This document shows, piece after piece, positions 17,737 to 28,211 of a DNA stretch of 43,808 nucleotides. Position numbers and translations under genes: made by a program. Position 1 is the stretch's first letter; each line of letters starts with the position of its first letter. The stretch spans positions 2,436 through 46,243 of the forward strand of contig CAYWLI010000004.1 of the NCBI GenBank assembly GCA_964459135.1. Direction: 5' to 3'. This DNA comes from an uncultured Thermodesulfobacteriota bacterium (GTDB taxonomy: Bacteria > Desulfobacterota > B13-G15 > RBG-16-54-18). The notes beneath the pieces are model-generated. The model ran no database searches. It worked only from the letters and a program-made list of their open reading frames with translations, and was not told the DNA's origin.

Positions 17737-19686
17737 ATGATTTTCAGTTATTGGGGAGGAAAGCTGAGCGACAACCGGCGCAAGACGGGAAAGAAGGCCG
17801 CTAAGGCGGCACGGTTGAAACTGCCCCCCGAATTTAAACCCGGCGTTCCGATCAAGGCCTTTGTCGGGTGGGACGGTTTTGCCATCCGGGACAAGAGCGC
17901 CAGCGTGGTAGATATGTGCCGGGCCTATATGGAGGCGGTGCAAGCGGTTTCATGTGGCAAGTGCTTTCCCTGTCGGGTCGGCACGAAGGTGATCAGCGAA
18001 ATCCTCGAGCGGATCACCGAGGGTAAGGGGAGGATGAAGGATATAAACCAGATGGTTGTGCTCGGACGCTCCATCGTGGAGGGATCCAAGTGTCAGATCG
18101 GGCAGACCGGGCCCATTCCTTTGCTGGCGGCCTTAGAGCACTATCGCGGTGAATTCGAAGCAGTCATTAAAAACAAAAAAAAGGTCCCGCGCGGGGAGTA
18201 CCAGGTAAAGCTCACCGCCCCCTGTATAAATGCCTGTCCGGCACACTTGGACATCCCCACCTACATAGAACGAATCGCCGAGGGAAACTTCCTCGACTCC
18301 CTGCGGGTCATCAGGGAACGGACCTGTCTGCCGGGGATTCTCGGGCGGGTCTGCGTCCGCCCCTGTGAGTCCAATTGTCGCAGGCTCAATGTGGATGAGC
18401 CCCTCGACATCAGGCACCTCAAGCGGTTTGTGGCCGATTACGAGTTGGAAAAGAAAAGAACGCCAGTTCTTCCGACCTCTCAGTGCAAGAAAGACAAAAA
18501 AGTGGCAATCATCGGGGCTGGCCCGGCAGGGCTGTCCTGTGCCTACTACCTGGCCCTCAAAGGGTATGGGGTTACCGTCTTTGAGCGGATGGATGAGCCT
18601 GGGGGGATGGCCGCTGTGGGGATACCCGACTATAGGCTCCCGCGCACCATCCTGCGCCGGGAGGCTGACATCATCACCTCATTAGGGGTCGAGATCAGAT
18701 ATAACACCGAGGTGGGCAAAGACATCACCATCAGCGCACTGAAGCAGGATTATGACGCCATCTTCGTCGGCGTGGGGGCACAATTGTCCATGCCCATGCG
18801 GGTCGAGGGAGAGGATGTAGGATATAAAGGCTTCATCCCCGGGGTGCAGTACCTCTACAGCATCAATAAGGGGGAGGATCCCTATCCTCAGGGGCAACGG
18901 GTGGTTGTGGTCGGAGGCGGCAATGTTGCCATCGATTGCGTACGCTCTTCCTTCCGGATAGAAAAGAAAGACGTCAACCTCCTCTACCGGCGTACCCGCA
19001 AAGAGATGCCTGCCGATGAAGTGGAGATCCACGACGCCGAGGAAGAAGAGGTGCGGTTCGAATACCTCTGCGCCCCCACCAAGATCATCGAACAGAAAGG
19101 GAAGGTGGTGGGGGTGGAGTGCATCAAGATGGAGCTCGGGGAGCCTGACGAATCAGGCAGACGCAGGCCGGTCCCTGTCAAGGGATCGGAGTTCGTAGTT
19201 GATACCGATATCCTGATCCCGGCCATCGGGCAGCGGGTCGATCTCTCCTTTATAGAGGGACAAGACGCGATCGAGGCCACCAAATGGTCCACCGTATCCT
19301 CGGACGATGCAACCTTTCAGACATCTCAACCTGGTATCTTCTCCGCTGGTGACTGTGTGACTGGTCCCGATGTCCTGGTGCGGGCGGCGGGGAATGCCCG
19401 TTTGTCCGCGGAGATGATCGACCGCTACCTTACTGGTGAAAAGGTGGAAATGAGCGATGACGAACGATTAGAGCGCTTAATGGCCGAGATCGGGGTCTAC
19501 GATTCCGAGGAGACAATCGGGATCATCCCCGGGGGGAAGCGGGAGCAGTTGGGGATGCTTCCACCGGAGAGCCGAAAGTGGACCTTTGAGGAAGTAGAGA
19601 AGGGATTTCCCACCGATGCCGCCATGCGGGAGGCCGCTCGGTGTCTGCGGTGTTACCGCATCGGGATCCTGGCGATAGGGAAGTAA
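17737..19686 (+). CDS. GltD/SfrB-like NAD(P)H-dependent iron-sulfur flavoprotein with an N-terminal NuoF-type [4Fe-4S] (N3) domain, occupying the nuoE/nuoF position
   Basis: The ORF is open from TTG 17710, with an in-frame TAG at 17704-17706. GTG 17728 (GAGG 5 nt upstream) and ATG 17737 are the plausible starts. Motifs: SCGKCFPCRVGT...SKCQIGQTG (NuoF C-terminal cluster); CINACPAHLDIPTYI and GRVCVRPCESNCRR (GltD Fe-S region); KKVAIIGAGPAGLSCAYYL, VVVVGGGNVAIDC and FSAGDCVTG (two dinucleotide folds). Confidence 0.85.
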   Translation: MIFSYWGGKLSDNRRKTGKKAAKAARLKLPPEFKPGVPIKAFVGWDGFAIRDKSASVVDMCRAYMEAVQAVSCGKCFPCRVGTKVISEILERITEGKGRMKDINQMVVLGRSIVEGSKCQIGQTGPIPLLAALEHYRGEFEAVIKNKKKVPRGEYQVKLTAPCINACPAHLDIPTYIERIAEGNFLDSLRVIRERTCLPGILGRVCVRPCESNCRRLNVDEPLDIRHLKRFVADYELEKKRTPVLPTSQCKKDKKVAIIGAGPAGLSCAYYLALKGYGVTVFERMDEPGGMAAVGIPDYRLPRTILRREADIITSLGVEIRYNTEVGKDITISALKQDYDAIFVGVGAQLSMPMRVEGEDVGYKGFIPGVQYLYSINKGEDPYPQGQRVVVVGGGNVAIDCVRSSFRIEKKDVNLLYRRTRKEMPADEVEIHDAEEEEVRFEYLCAPTKIIEQKGKVVGVECIKMELGEPDESGRRRPVPVKGSEFVVDTDILIPAIGQRVDLSFIEGQDAIEATKWSTVSSDDATFQTSQPGIFSAGDCVTGPDVLVRAAGNARLSAEMIDRYLTGEKVEMSDDERLERLMAEIGVYDSEETIGIIPGGKREQLGMLPPESRKWTFEEVEKGFPTDAAMREAARCLRCYRIGILAIGK

Positions 19687-19687
19687 G

Positions 19688-22261
19688 ATGGGTGATGCGA
19701 CGGTCCAGATAACCATTGACGGCACAGAGCTCCAGGCGGAGGCCGACAAGACCATCCTGGAAGTGGCTCGGGCACACGGGATCTATATCCCTACCCTCTG
19801 TTATCATCCCCGGCTGCTTCCTATCGGGTCATGCCGTCTCTGCGTGGTGGAGATCGAGGGGGCGGACAGGCCCATGACTGCCTGCACCACCTTGGTGCAG
19901 GACGGGATTGTGGTCCGCACCCAGACGGAGCGGTTGAACCGCATCAGGCGTGACGCCCTCAAGCTTATCTTGACCTATCACCCCTTGGACTGCCCGCAGT
20001 GTGATGCCGCCGGCGCGTGTGAGTTGCAGAATCTCGTCTTTGCGTTCGGCATCGACCAGCAGGAGTATCGGGCAACGCGATCCACCCAGGGCATGAGGGA
20101 GTTTGCCACCCCCCTCATCAGACAGTGGGGAGATCGCTGCGTCATGTGCCTGCGGTGCATCAGGGCCGATCATGAGATCGTCCGAGCCCATGCCATCGAC
20201 CTCGTGGGTACGGGGAACGAGGCCCGGGTCGAGGTAATAAACCCCGATGCCTGTATCTCCTGCGGGGAGTGCCTGCGGGTCTGCCCGGTGGGGGCCCTGA
20301 CCGAACGGGTCAGCCGCATCAAGGCCCGCCCCTGGCAGTCTCAGAAGGTTCTTACCACCTGTCACTACTGTTCGCTGGGCTGCCAGTTGGAGCTCATTGT
20401 TTTCGAAAACAAGGTCATTGGGGTAACGACCCAAGAGGATGTAGGGGCCAACAGGGGTAACCTCTGCCAGCGAGGGATCTTTGGGTACGACTTCCTTCAC
20501 CACCCCGAGCGGATCACCGTCCCCATGATCAAGGAGGCCGGTCAGTGGAAGGAGGTCCCCTGGGATGAGGCCCTCTCCTATGTCGCGGCCATGGTCAATA
20601 AGGTCATCCTATCCAGTGGCCCTGAGGCCGTGGGGGGATTGATCTCCCCGCGCTGTACCAACGAAGAGGCTTACCTCTTTCAGCGGTTCATGCGGGAGGT
20701 GGTGGGGACGAACAATATCGATAGCACCGGTCGGCTCTGTCTGGAGCCGTACCGTCTGGCCATACAAGAAATAGTGGGGAGGGATTATCTCCCCTTCACC
20801 CTTGATGATATCGTCCACAGCGACTGCATCGTTGTGGCCGGCGGGGATCTGGATGCGAACAATCATATTATCGCGGCCAACCGGGTGCGGGAGGCCCTCT
20901 GGAAAACCGGGGCGCGCCTCATCGTCCTTCATCCCCGACGGGGGAGATTGGCCGAAGAGGCGGATTGCTGGTTCCCCCTGCGCCCGGGGGATGAGGGGAT
21001 TGTGGCCCTGGGATTGATCCATCTGCTCTTGAAGAAGAAAGAGAGCTGGGGACCGGCGGTTGATAAGATCTCGGGGTTCACAGAGCTCAAAGAAGCGGCT
21101 CAGAAGTTCACCCCCGCCTTCGTGGCGAAGGAGATCGGTGTCTCCCAAGACCTCCTCAAGGAGGCAGCGGATTACCTGGCCCAGGCGCACAGACCGGCCT
21201 TTGTTTGTTCCCCGCCGCTGGGGCAGGGGCCAGATGGGGTAGACCAGATCAAGGCGTTGGTCAATCTGGCGCTGCTGTGTGGTGCCTTTCCCGACGGCGG
21301 AGGGTTTCACTTTGTGGGACCTCAGAGCAACATGGTTGGTGCCGTTGAGATGGGGGGTGTACCGGGACTTCTTCCCGGATACCGCCCTGCCGAAGGAACG
21401 GGGCTTTCCGCCGTGGAGCAGTTTCAGGCGGCGGCCAAAGGAAAGCTCAAGGCCCTGTTTGTCGTGGGGGAGAACCCCCTCATCACCCTCCCCAGGGCCC
21501 TGGTGGAGGAGGGGCTCAAGGCCCTGGAATTGCTCGTGGTCCAGGATATGTTCCTTTCGGAGACAGCCGAGAAGGCCCATGTGTTCCTGCCGACCCTCTC
21601 TTTTGCGGAGTCGGACGGCACGATGACCAACTGCGAGGGGCGGGTCCAGCGGGTGCGCAGGGGCTTGGAGCCCCCTGACGACGTGCGGTGGACAGGTGAG
21701 ATCTTATCGGATGTGACCTCTTACATGGGAAAAGAGATGCCTGCCGTATCTCCGGTAGGGGTCTTTGATGAGATGGTACAGGCCAATCCTCTTTATAAAG
21801 GAATGATATTTGAGCCGTCTGATGCCCAATGGCGTGCAGGCGAGGGGGGGGAGCTCTTAGAAAAGGCTGCATTCAGGATCGTCAAGGCCGAACGGCAAAC
21901 AGATGAGAAGAATTATCCCTTTACCCTCTCCATAGAAGGCCTCTTCTCAAGCCATCTCATCGGCTCCGGCAATCAGAAGAGGGCCCAGGGGTTGGCGCAG
22001 GTTTCCCGTTCCTATCTAGAGATGAATGCCGCAGAGGCCAAGCAAATAGGCGTTGGTGACGGCGACCGCGTGCGGGTCCTCACCCCCTGGGGTGCGGTGG
22101 AGGTAGCGGTAAGGGGTTCAGAGGAGATGCGGAAGGGCGTCCTGTGCCTTTCGCTCTCCTTTTATGACGCGGATTACGCCCGACTGGTGGGTCCGCAGCT
22201 GGACCCCCGTTCCCTGGTGCCCTCTTACGGGTGGATACCTGCCAGGGTAGAAAAGGCGTAG
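19688..22261 (+). CDS. nuoG: NuoG-like / SfrA-like 857-aa subunit (2Fe-2S plus 4Fe-4S N-terminal domain fused to a molybdopterin-oxidoreductase-fold domain with a degenerate active site)
   Basis: IPTLCYHPRLLPIGSCRLCVVE (2Fe-2S), HPLDCPQCDAAGACELQ (His-Cys3 N5-type), CVMCLRCIRA, CISCGECLRVCPVGAL and CHYCSLGCQLE (cluster of the MopB domain). At the site where FdhA has CARL-U-HS, this protein has TGRL-C-LE and lacks GSGAMTNS. The ATG lies 1 nt after the upstream stop. Confidence 0.85.
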   Translation: MGDATVQITIDGTELQAEADKTILEVARAHGIYIPTLCYHPRLLPIGSCRLCVVEIEGADRPMTACTTLVQDGIVVRTQTERLNRIRRDALKLILTYHPLDCPQCDAAGACELQNLVFAFGIDQQEYRATRSTQGMREFATPLIRQWGDRCVMCLRCIRADHEIVRAHAIDLVGTGNEARVEVINPDACISCGECLRVCPVGALTERVSRIKARPWQSQKVLTTCHYCSLGCQLELIVFENKVIGVTTQEDVGANRGNLCQRGIFGYDFLHHPERITVPMIKEAGQWKEVPWDEALSYVAAMVNKVILSSGPEAVGGLISPRCTNEEAYLFQRFMREVVGTNNIDSTGRLCLEPYRLAIQEIVGRDYLPFTLDDIVHSDCIVVAGGDLDANNHIIAANRVREALWKTGARLIVLHPRRGRLAEEADCWFPLRPGDEGIVALGLIHLLLKKKESWGPAVDKISGFTELKEAAQKFTPAFVAKEIGVSQDLLKEAADYLAQAHRPAFVCSPPLGQGPDGVDQIKALVNLALLCGAFPDGGGFHFVGPQSNMVGAVEMGGVPGLLPGYRPAEGTGLSAVEQFQAAAKGKLKALFVVGENPLITLPRALVEEGLKALELLVVQDMFLSETAEKAHVFLPTLSFAESDGTMTNCEGRVQRVRRGLEPPDDVRWTGEILSDVTSYMGKEMPAVSPVGVFDEMVQANPLYKGMIFEPSDAQWRAGEGGELLEKAAFRIVKAERQTDEKNYPFTLSIEGLFSSHLIGSGNQKRAQGLAQVSRSYLEMNAAEAKQIGVGDGDRVRVLTPWGAVEVAVRGSEEMRKGVLCLSLSFYDADYARLVGPQLDPRSLVPSYGWIPARVEKA

Positions 22262-22265
22262 GGAA

Positions 22266-23282
22266 GTGCGGATGGAACTGATTTATTTCTTGATCGAGAA
22301 CATAGTAAAGGTAGTAATGGTCTTCGCCGTCCTGATGGGCGTGGTGGCCTACCTCACCCTGGCCGAGCGCAAGATCTTGGGGCGCATCCAGGTGCGCTAC
22401 GGGCCCAATCGGGTGGGCCCCTTCGGCCTGTTTCAGCCCATCGCCGATGGGATCAAGGCCTTCTTCAAGGAGGATGTGGTCCCGGCCCGGGCTGACCAGA
22501 CCCTCTTTGTCATCGCCCCCATGATCAGTATCACGGCGGCCATCTCACTCTTTGCCGTGATCCCCTTCGGCGAATACATTGACTTCTTGGGTAGGCGGAT
22601 ATCCTTCACCATTGCTAATCTGGACATCGGGTTGCTCTATGTCTTTGCCATCGCCTCGTTGGGGGAATACGGGGTCGTCCTCGGCGGCTGGTCCAGCTAT
22701 AACAAGTATGGCCTCATGGGTGCCCTGCGGGCGGCGGCCCAGATGATCAGCTACGAGATTGCCCTGGCCCTTTCAGTGATGGGGGTCTTGATGATCTCGG
22801 GGACCCTCAATCTGGTCGAGATCGTCCAGCAGCAGGCCGGATGGCACTGGAATGCCTTCTATCATTTTCAATTTTTCCCGTTTATTTTTTATATCGTCTG
22901 TGCCCTTGCCGAGATCAACCGGACGCCCTTCGATATGCCCGAGGCGGAGGCGGAGCTGGCCTGCGGCTTTAACATCGAGTACAGCAGCATGAAATTCGCC
23001 CTCTTTTTTATGGCGGAGTACGCCCATCTGGTGGCGGTCTGCGCCATCGCCACCACCCTGTTTCTCGGGGGGTGGGACGGTCCCTTCAACCTGCCGCCTG
23101 CCTTGTCGTGGATCTGGTTTGCAGCGAAGACCGGCATCCTCGTGTACTTTTTTATCTGGCAGAGAGGGACCTTCCCGCGGCTGCGGTATGACCAGATCAT
23201 GCGGTTCGGGTGGAAGTTCCTGCTGCCCTTGACCCTCGCCAATATATTTGGTACGGGGTTGTATATGGTCTTAACAGGATAA
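22266..23282 (+). CDS. nuoH: NADH-quinone oxidoreductase subunit H
   Basis: LAERKILGRIQVRYGPNRVGPFGLFQPIADGIK is the NuoH/ND1 signature. GTG 22266 or ATG 22272 is the start. Confidence 0.94.
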   Translation: MRMELIYFLIENIVKVVMVFAVLMGVVAYLTLAERKILGRIQVRYGPNRVGPFGLFQPIADGIKAFFKEDVVPARADQTLFVIAPMISITAAISLFAVIPFGEYIDFLGRRISFTIANLDIGLLYVFAIASLGEYGVVLGGWSSYNKYGLMGALRAAAQMISYEIALALSVMGVLMISGTLNLVEIVQQQAGWHWNAFYHFQFFPFIFYIVCALAEINRTPFDMPEAEAELACGFNIEYSSMKFALFFMAEYAHLVAVCAIATTLFLGGWDGPFNLPPALSWIWFAAKTGILVYFFIWQRGTFPRLRYDQIMRFGWKFLLPLTLANIFGTGLYMVLTG

Positions 23283-23289
23283 GAGAGTA

Positions 23290-23766
23290 ATGGTTATCTC
23301 ACTGTTAAAAGGAATATGGTGGTTCATAAAAGGAATAGGGCTGCTCGTGGCGAGTGTCTTTGCCCTGTTAAAGGGATTGAGGCTGACCTTCAGCAAGTTC
23401 TTTTCCCGTCCGGTGACCATCCGGTACCCCGAGCATAAGCGCGAGGTGGCCCCGCGCTGGCGGGGAATCCATTACTTTGAACGTGACGAAAAGGGTGATA
23501 CCTGCTGTGTGGCCTGTGGGCTCTGTGTTGCCATCTGCCCCTCTCAGTGCATCCGCTTGGTGGCGGTTGAGTTGGATGGGGGGGGGCGGTATCCAGAGCA
23601 ATATGAGATCAATACCGTCAGGTGTATCTACTGCGGTATGTGCGCTGAAGCCTGCCCGGTGAATGCCATCAAGCTGGGGAGGAACTACGAGTTTGTCGAT
23701 TACCGGCGGGAAGACCTTGTCTTGGACAAAGGGAGACTCCTAGCCAATGCACCGAAGGAGGGATAG
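23290..23766 (+). CDS. nuoI: NADH-quinone oxidoreductase subunit I (2x[4Fe-4S])
   Basis: Two CxxCxxCxxxCP motifs (CVACGLCVAICP, CIYCGMCAEACP). 158 aa. Confidence 0.94.
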   Translation: MVISLLKGIWWFIKGIGLLVASVFALLKGLRLTFSKFFSRPVTIRYPEHKREVAPRWRGIHYFERDEKGDTCCVACGLCVAICPSQCIRLVAVELDGGGRYPEQYEINTVRCIYCGMCAEACPVNAIKLGRNYEFVDYRREDLVLDKGRLLANAPKEG

Positions 23767-24294
23767 GTGATAGCGGGTAGCGTCTTTTATTGGATCGTTT
23801 TTATCGGGACCGCCCTGACCGCCATCTTTGCAGCGGTGATGGTGATTACCCGGCGCAGCCCCATCCACTCGGCCATGTTCTTGATCCTCAACTTTATCTG
23901 CATCGCCGTCCTCTACCTGCTGTTAAACTCCCAATTTATCGCCATTGTCCAGGTGATGATCTATGCCGGTGCCATCATGATGTTGGTGATCTTCGTTATC
24001 ATGCTGCTGAATGTGGAGGAAGAGGAACAGCAAAAAATGCACGCTTCACCCGCCAAGGTAATAGGGGTGGTATTGGTTCTTATTCTCTTTGCGCAACTCA
24101 TCTATGGGGTTGGTGTTCAGGTCTTGCCCGGGGAGTGGGGTGAGTTTACCCCTGAGCGCATGGCCCGGATAGGTGATATCAAGGCAATAGCAGGTCTCCT
24201 CTTTACAAAGTTCCTCTTCCCCTTTGAGATCGCCTCTATCCTCCTCTTGGTGGGGATCATCGGGGCGGTGATCTTGAGCAAAAAAGAGAGGTAA
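23767..24294 (+). CDS. nuoJ: NADH-quinone oxidoreductase subunit J
   Basis: 175-aa hydrophobic protein between nuoI and nuoK. The GTG start abuts the nuoI stop. Confidence 0.85.
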   Translation: MIAGSVFYWIVFIGTALTAIFAAVMVITRRSPIHSAMFLILNFICIAVLYLLLNSQFIAIVQVMIYAGAIMMLVIFVIMLLNVEEEEQQKMHASPAKVIGVVLVLILFAQLIYGVGVQVLPGEWGEFTPERMARIGDIKAIAGLLFTKFLFPFEIASILLLVGIIGAVILSKKER

Positions 24295-24299
24295 CTGAG

Positions 24300-24611
24300 A
24301 TGTTTTCCGGTGTGACACCCATATACTTTTTGTTTGTGAGCGCCGTGATCTTCGCCATCGGTGCGGTAGGGGTCTTGATCAGGAGGAACGCCATCGTCAT
24401 CTTCATGTGCATCGAGATGATGCTGAGCGCTGTTAACCTCACCCTCATCACCGCCTCCCACTATCTGCAATCCCTGGATGGTGTCCTGATGGTTTTCTTC
24501 GTGATGACGGTGGCGGCGGCTGAGGCGGCCGTCGGTCTGGCCATCTTCGTCCTCCTCTTTCGCGGGCGGGGGACCATTAAGGTGGATGGTATAAACCTCT
24601 TGAAGTGGTGA
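24300..24611 (+). CDS. nuoK: NADH-quinone oxidoreductase subunit K
   Basis: 103 aa with three TM segments, membrane-embedded Glu residues ([18 protein letters not shown]), and the expected position. Confidence 0.88.
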   Translation: MFSGVTPIYFLFVSAVIFAIGAVGVLIRRNAIVIFMCIEMMLSAVNLTLITASHYLQSLDGVLMVFFVMTVAAAEAAVGLAIFVLLFRGRGTIKVDGINLLKW

Positions 24612-24627
24612 CGGGAGAACGTACGGT

Positions 24628-26598
24628 ATGATCGAATTAGTGTGGTTGATACCCCTCTTTCCGGCCATCGGGTTTCTCTTTAACGGCCTGATCGGGCGGT
24701 GGTTCAATCTCGATAAACGAATCGTCAGCTGGGTGGCATGTTTTGCCTTGGGGCTGTCTTTTCTCTTTTCCATCCTGATCTTCTTCGCCCTCCTTAAGCT
24801 CTCTCCCGAAGCGAGGGCTGTGGTGCCCGACAGGGTCCTCTTCGACTGGATCGTGTCCGGGGGGCTCAAGACGGTCGTTGGGTACAAGGTCGATCCCCTC
24901 TCCATCATCATGGCTTTGGTGGTCAGCGGCGTGAGCTTTTTCATTCACATCTATTCCGTCGGGTACATGCACGATGACCCGGGGTATACCCGATACTTTG
25001 CCTTCCTCAACCTCTTTGTCTTCATGATGCTCACCCTGGTCTTGGCCAACAATTTCCTCCTTATGTTTGTCGGATGGGAGGGTGTGGGGCTCTGTTCGTA
25101 TCTCCTCATCGGTTTTTGGTTCGACCGGGATGCCCCTGCCAATGCAGGTAAAAAGGCCTTTGTGGTCAATAGGGTGGGGGATTTCGGCTTCCTGTTGGCC
25201 ATGTTCTTGATCTTTGCCCACCTCGGCACCCTGGAGTTCAACGGAGTTTTTGACGGAGCCCATTCCCTCGATATCGTCACCGTAACGCTCATCACCCTCC
25301 TGCTCTTTGTGGGGGCCGCAGGTAAGTCGGCCCAGATCCCCCTCTATGTATGGCTCCCCGATGCCATGGAGGGCCCCACCCCTGTCAGCTCGCTGATTCA
25401 TGCCGCCACTATGGTTACCTCGGGGGTGTATATGATCGCCCGGTGCAACATCCTGTATACCATGGCCCCTGTCTCCATGGCTACTGTGGCCATTGTCGGT
25501 GCCGCTACGGCCATCTTTGCCGCCTCCATGGGGCTGTTGCAGTTCGATATCAAGCGGGTGCTGGCCTACTCCACCATCAGCCAACTCGGCTACATGTTCC
25601 TCGCGGTCGGCGTAGGGGCCTTCAGCGCGGGGATCTTCCACCTCATGGCCCACGCCTTCTTTAAGGGGCTCCTCTTTCTGGGGGCTGGGAGTGTGATGCA
25701 CGCTATGAGTGGGGAGTTGGACATGAGGAACATGGGGGGAATCTGGAAGAAAACCCCCATTACCTTCTGGACCTTCTTGATAGCCACCCTGGCCATTGCG
25801 GGGATCCCCGGGTTCGCGGGGTTTTTCAGCAAGGATGAGATTCTCTGGCAGGCCTTCAGCAGCTCCCACGGCCACGTGTATCTTTGGTTAGTAGGTGCCG
25901 TTGCTGCGGGGATGACCGCCTTCTATATGTTCCGGCTTGTCTTCGTCACCTTCTTGGGGGGGTGCCGGGCCACAGATGAGGTAAAAAAACACATTCATGA
26001 ATCTCCCTCCATCATGACTGTTCCCCTTATTGTCTTGGCCGTACTCTCGGTCATAGGCGGGTATGTGGGGATACCCCACGTCCTGGGGGGAAGGAACATC
26101 TTCCACGAGTTTCTCGCCCCGGTCTTGGGTGGACACCCTGAAGGGACGGCGCACGCTGCCTTTTCCTTAGTCAAATCCGCCTTTGCGAGCGGTGGTGCAG
26201 CAGAGGGGAGTGGCATCAACATGGAACTCCTTCTCATGGGTGTTTCCGTGGCCATTGCCATCATCGGGATCGGCATTGCCTTTTATCTCTATATCCTGAA
26301 GCCAGAGGTCCCCAAGCGCTTGGGCGAGCGGTTGAAGATCCTTTATACGATCGTTTTCAACAAGTACTATGTTGATGAGATTTATGAGGCCTGTTTTGTC
26401 AAGAGCACCAAGAAGCTCGGCACCTTCTTCTGGCGGGAGTTCGATGACGGGGTCATCGATCGGAGTGTAAATCTGGTGGGCGGGTTGATGCTCTGGCTGG
26501 GGCGGGTCCTGCGCAGGATCCAAACAGGCCGTGTGCAGGGTTACGCACTGGGCATCATCCTGGGTGCCGTGATAATCATCATTTTCTTGATCAGGTGA
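24628..26598 (+). CDS. nuoL: NADH-quinone oxidoreductase subunit L
   Basis: 656-aa antiporter-like subunit with [15 protein letters not shown] and [21 protein letters not shown] strings and a long C-terminal extension. Confidence 0.93.
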   Translation: MIELVWLIPLFPAIGFLFNGLIGRWFNLDKRIVSWVACFALGLSFLFSILIFFALLKLSPEARAVVPDRVLFDWIVSGGLKTVVGYKVDPLSIIMALVVSGVSFFIHIYSVGYMHDDPGYTRYFAFLNLFVFMMLTLVLANNFLLMFVGWEGVGLCSYLLIGFWFDRDAPANAGKKAFVVNRVGDFGFLLAMFLIFAHLGTLEFNGVFDGAHSLDIVTVTLITLLLFVGAAGKSAQIPLYVWLPDAMEGPTPVSSLIHAATMVTSGVYMIARCNILYTMAPVSMATVAIVGAATAIFAASMGLLQFDIKRVLAYSTISQLGYMFLAVGVGAFSAGIFHLMAHAFFKGLLFLGAGSVMHAMSGELDMRNMGGIWKKTPITFWTFLIATLAIAGIPGFAGFFSKDEILWQAFSSSHGHVYLWLVGAVAAGMTAFYMFRLVFVTFLGGCRATDEVKKHIHESPSIMTVPLIVLAVLSVIGGYVGIPHVLGGRNIFHEFLAPVLGGHPEGTAHAAFSLVKSAFASGGAAEGSGINMELLLMGVSVAIAIIGIGIAFYLYILKPEVPKRLGERLKILYTIVFNKYYVDEIYEACFVKSTKKLGTFFWREFDDGVIDRSVNLVGGLMLWLGRVLRRIQTGRVQGYALGIILGAVIIIIFLIR

Positions 26599-26608
26599 GG
26601 AGTTGTGC

Positions 26609-28204
<1,596 letters not shown>

Positions 28205-28211
28205 GAGGGAG

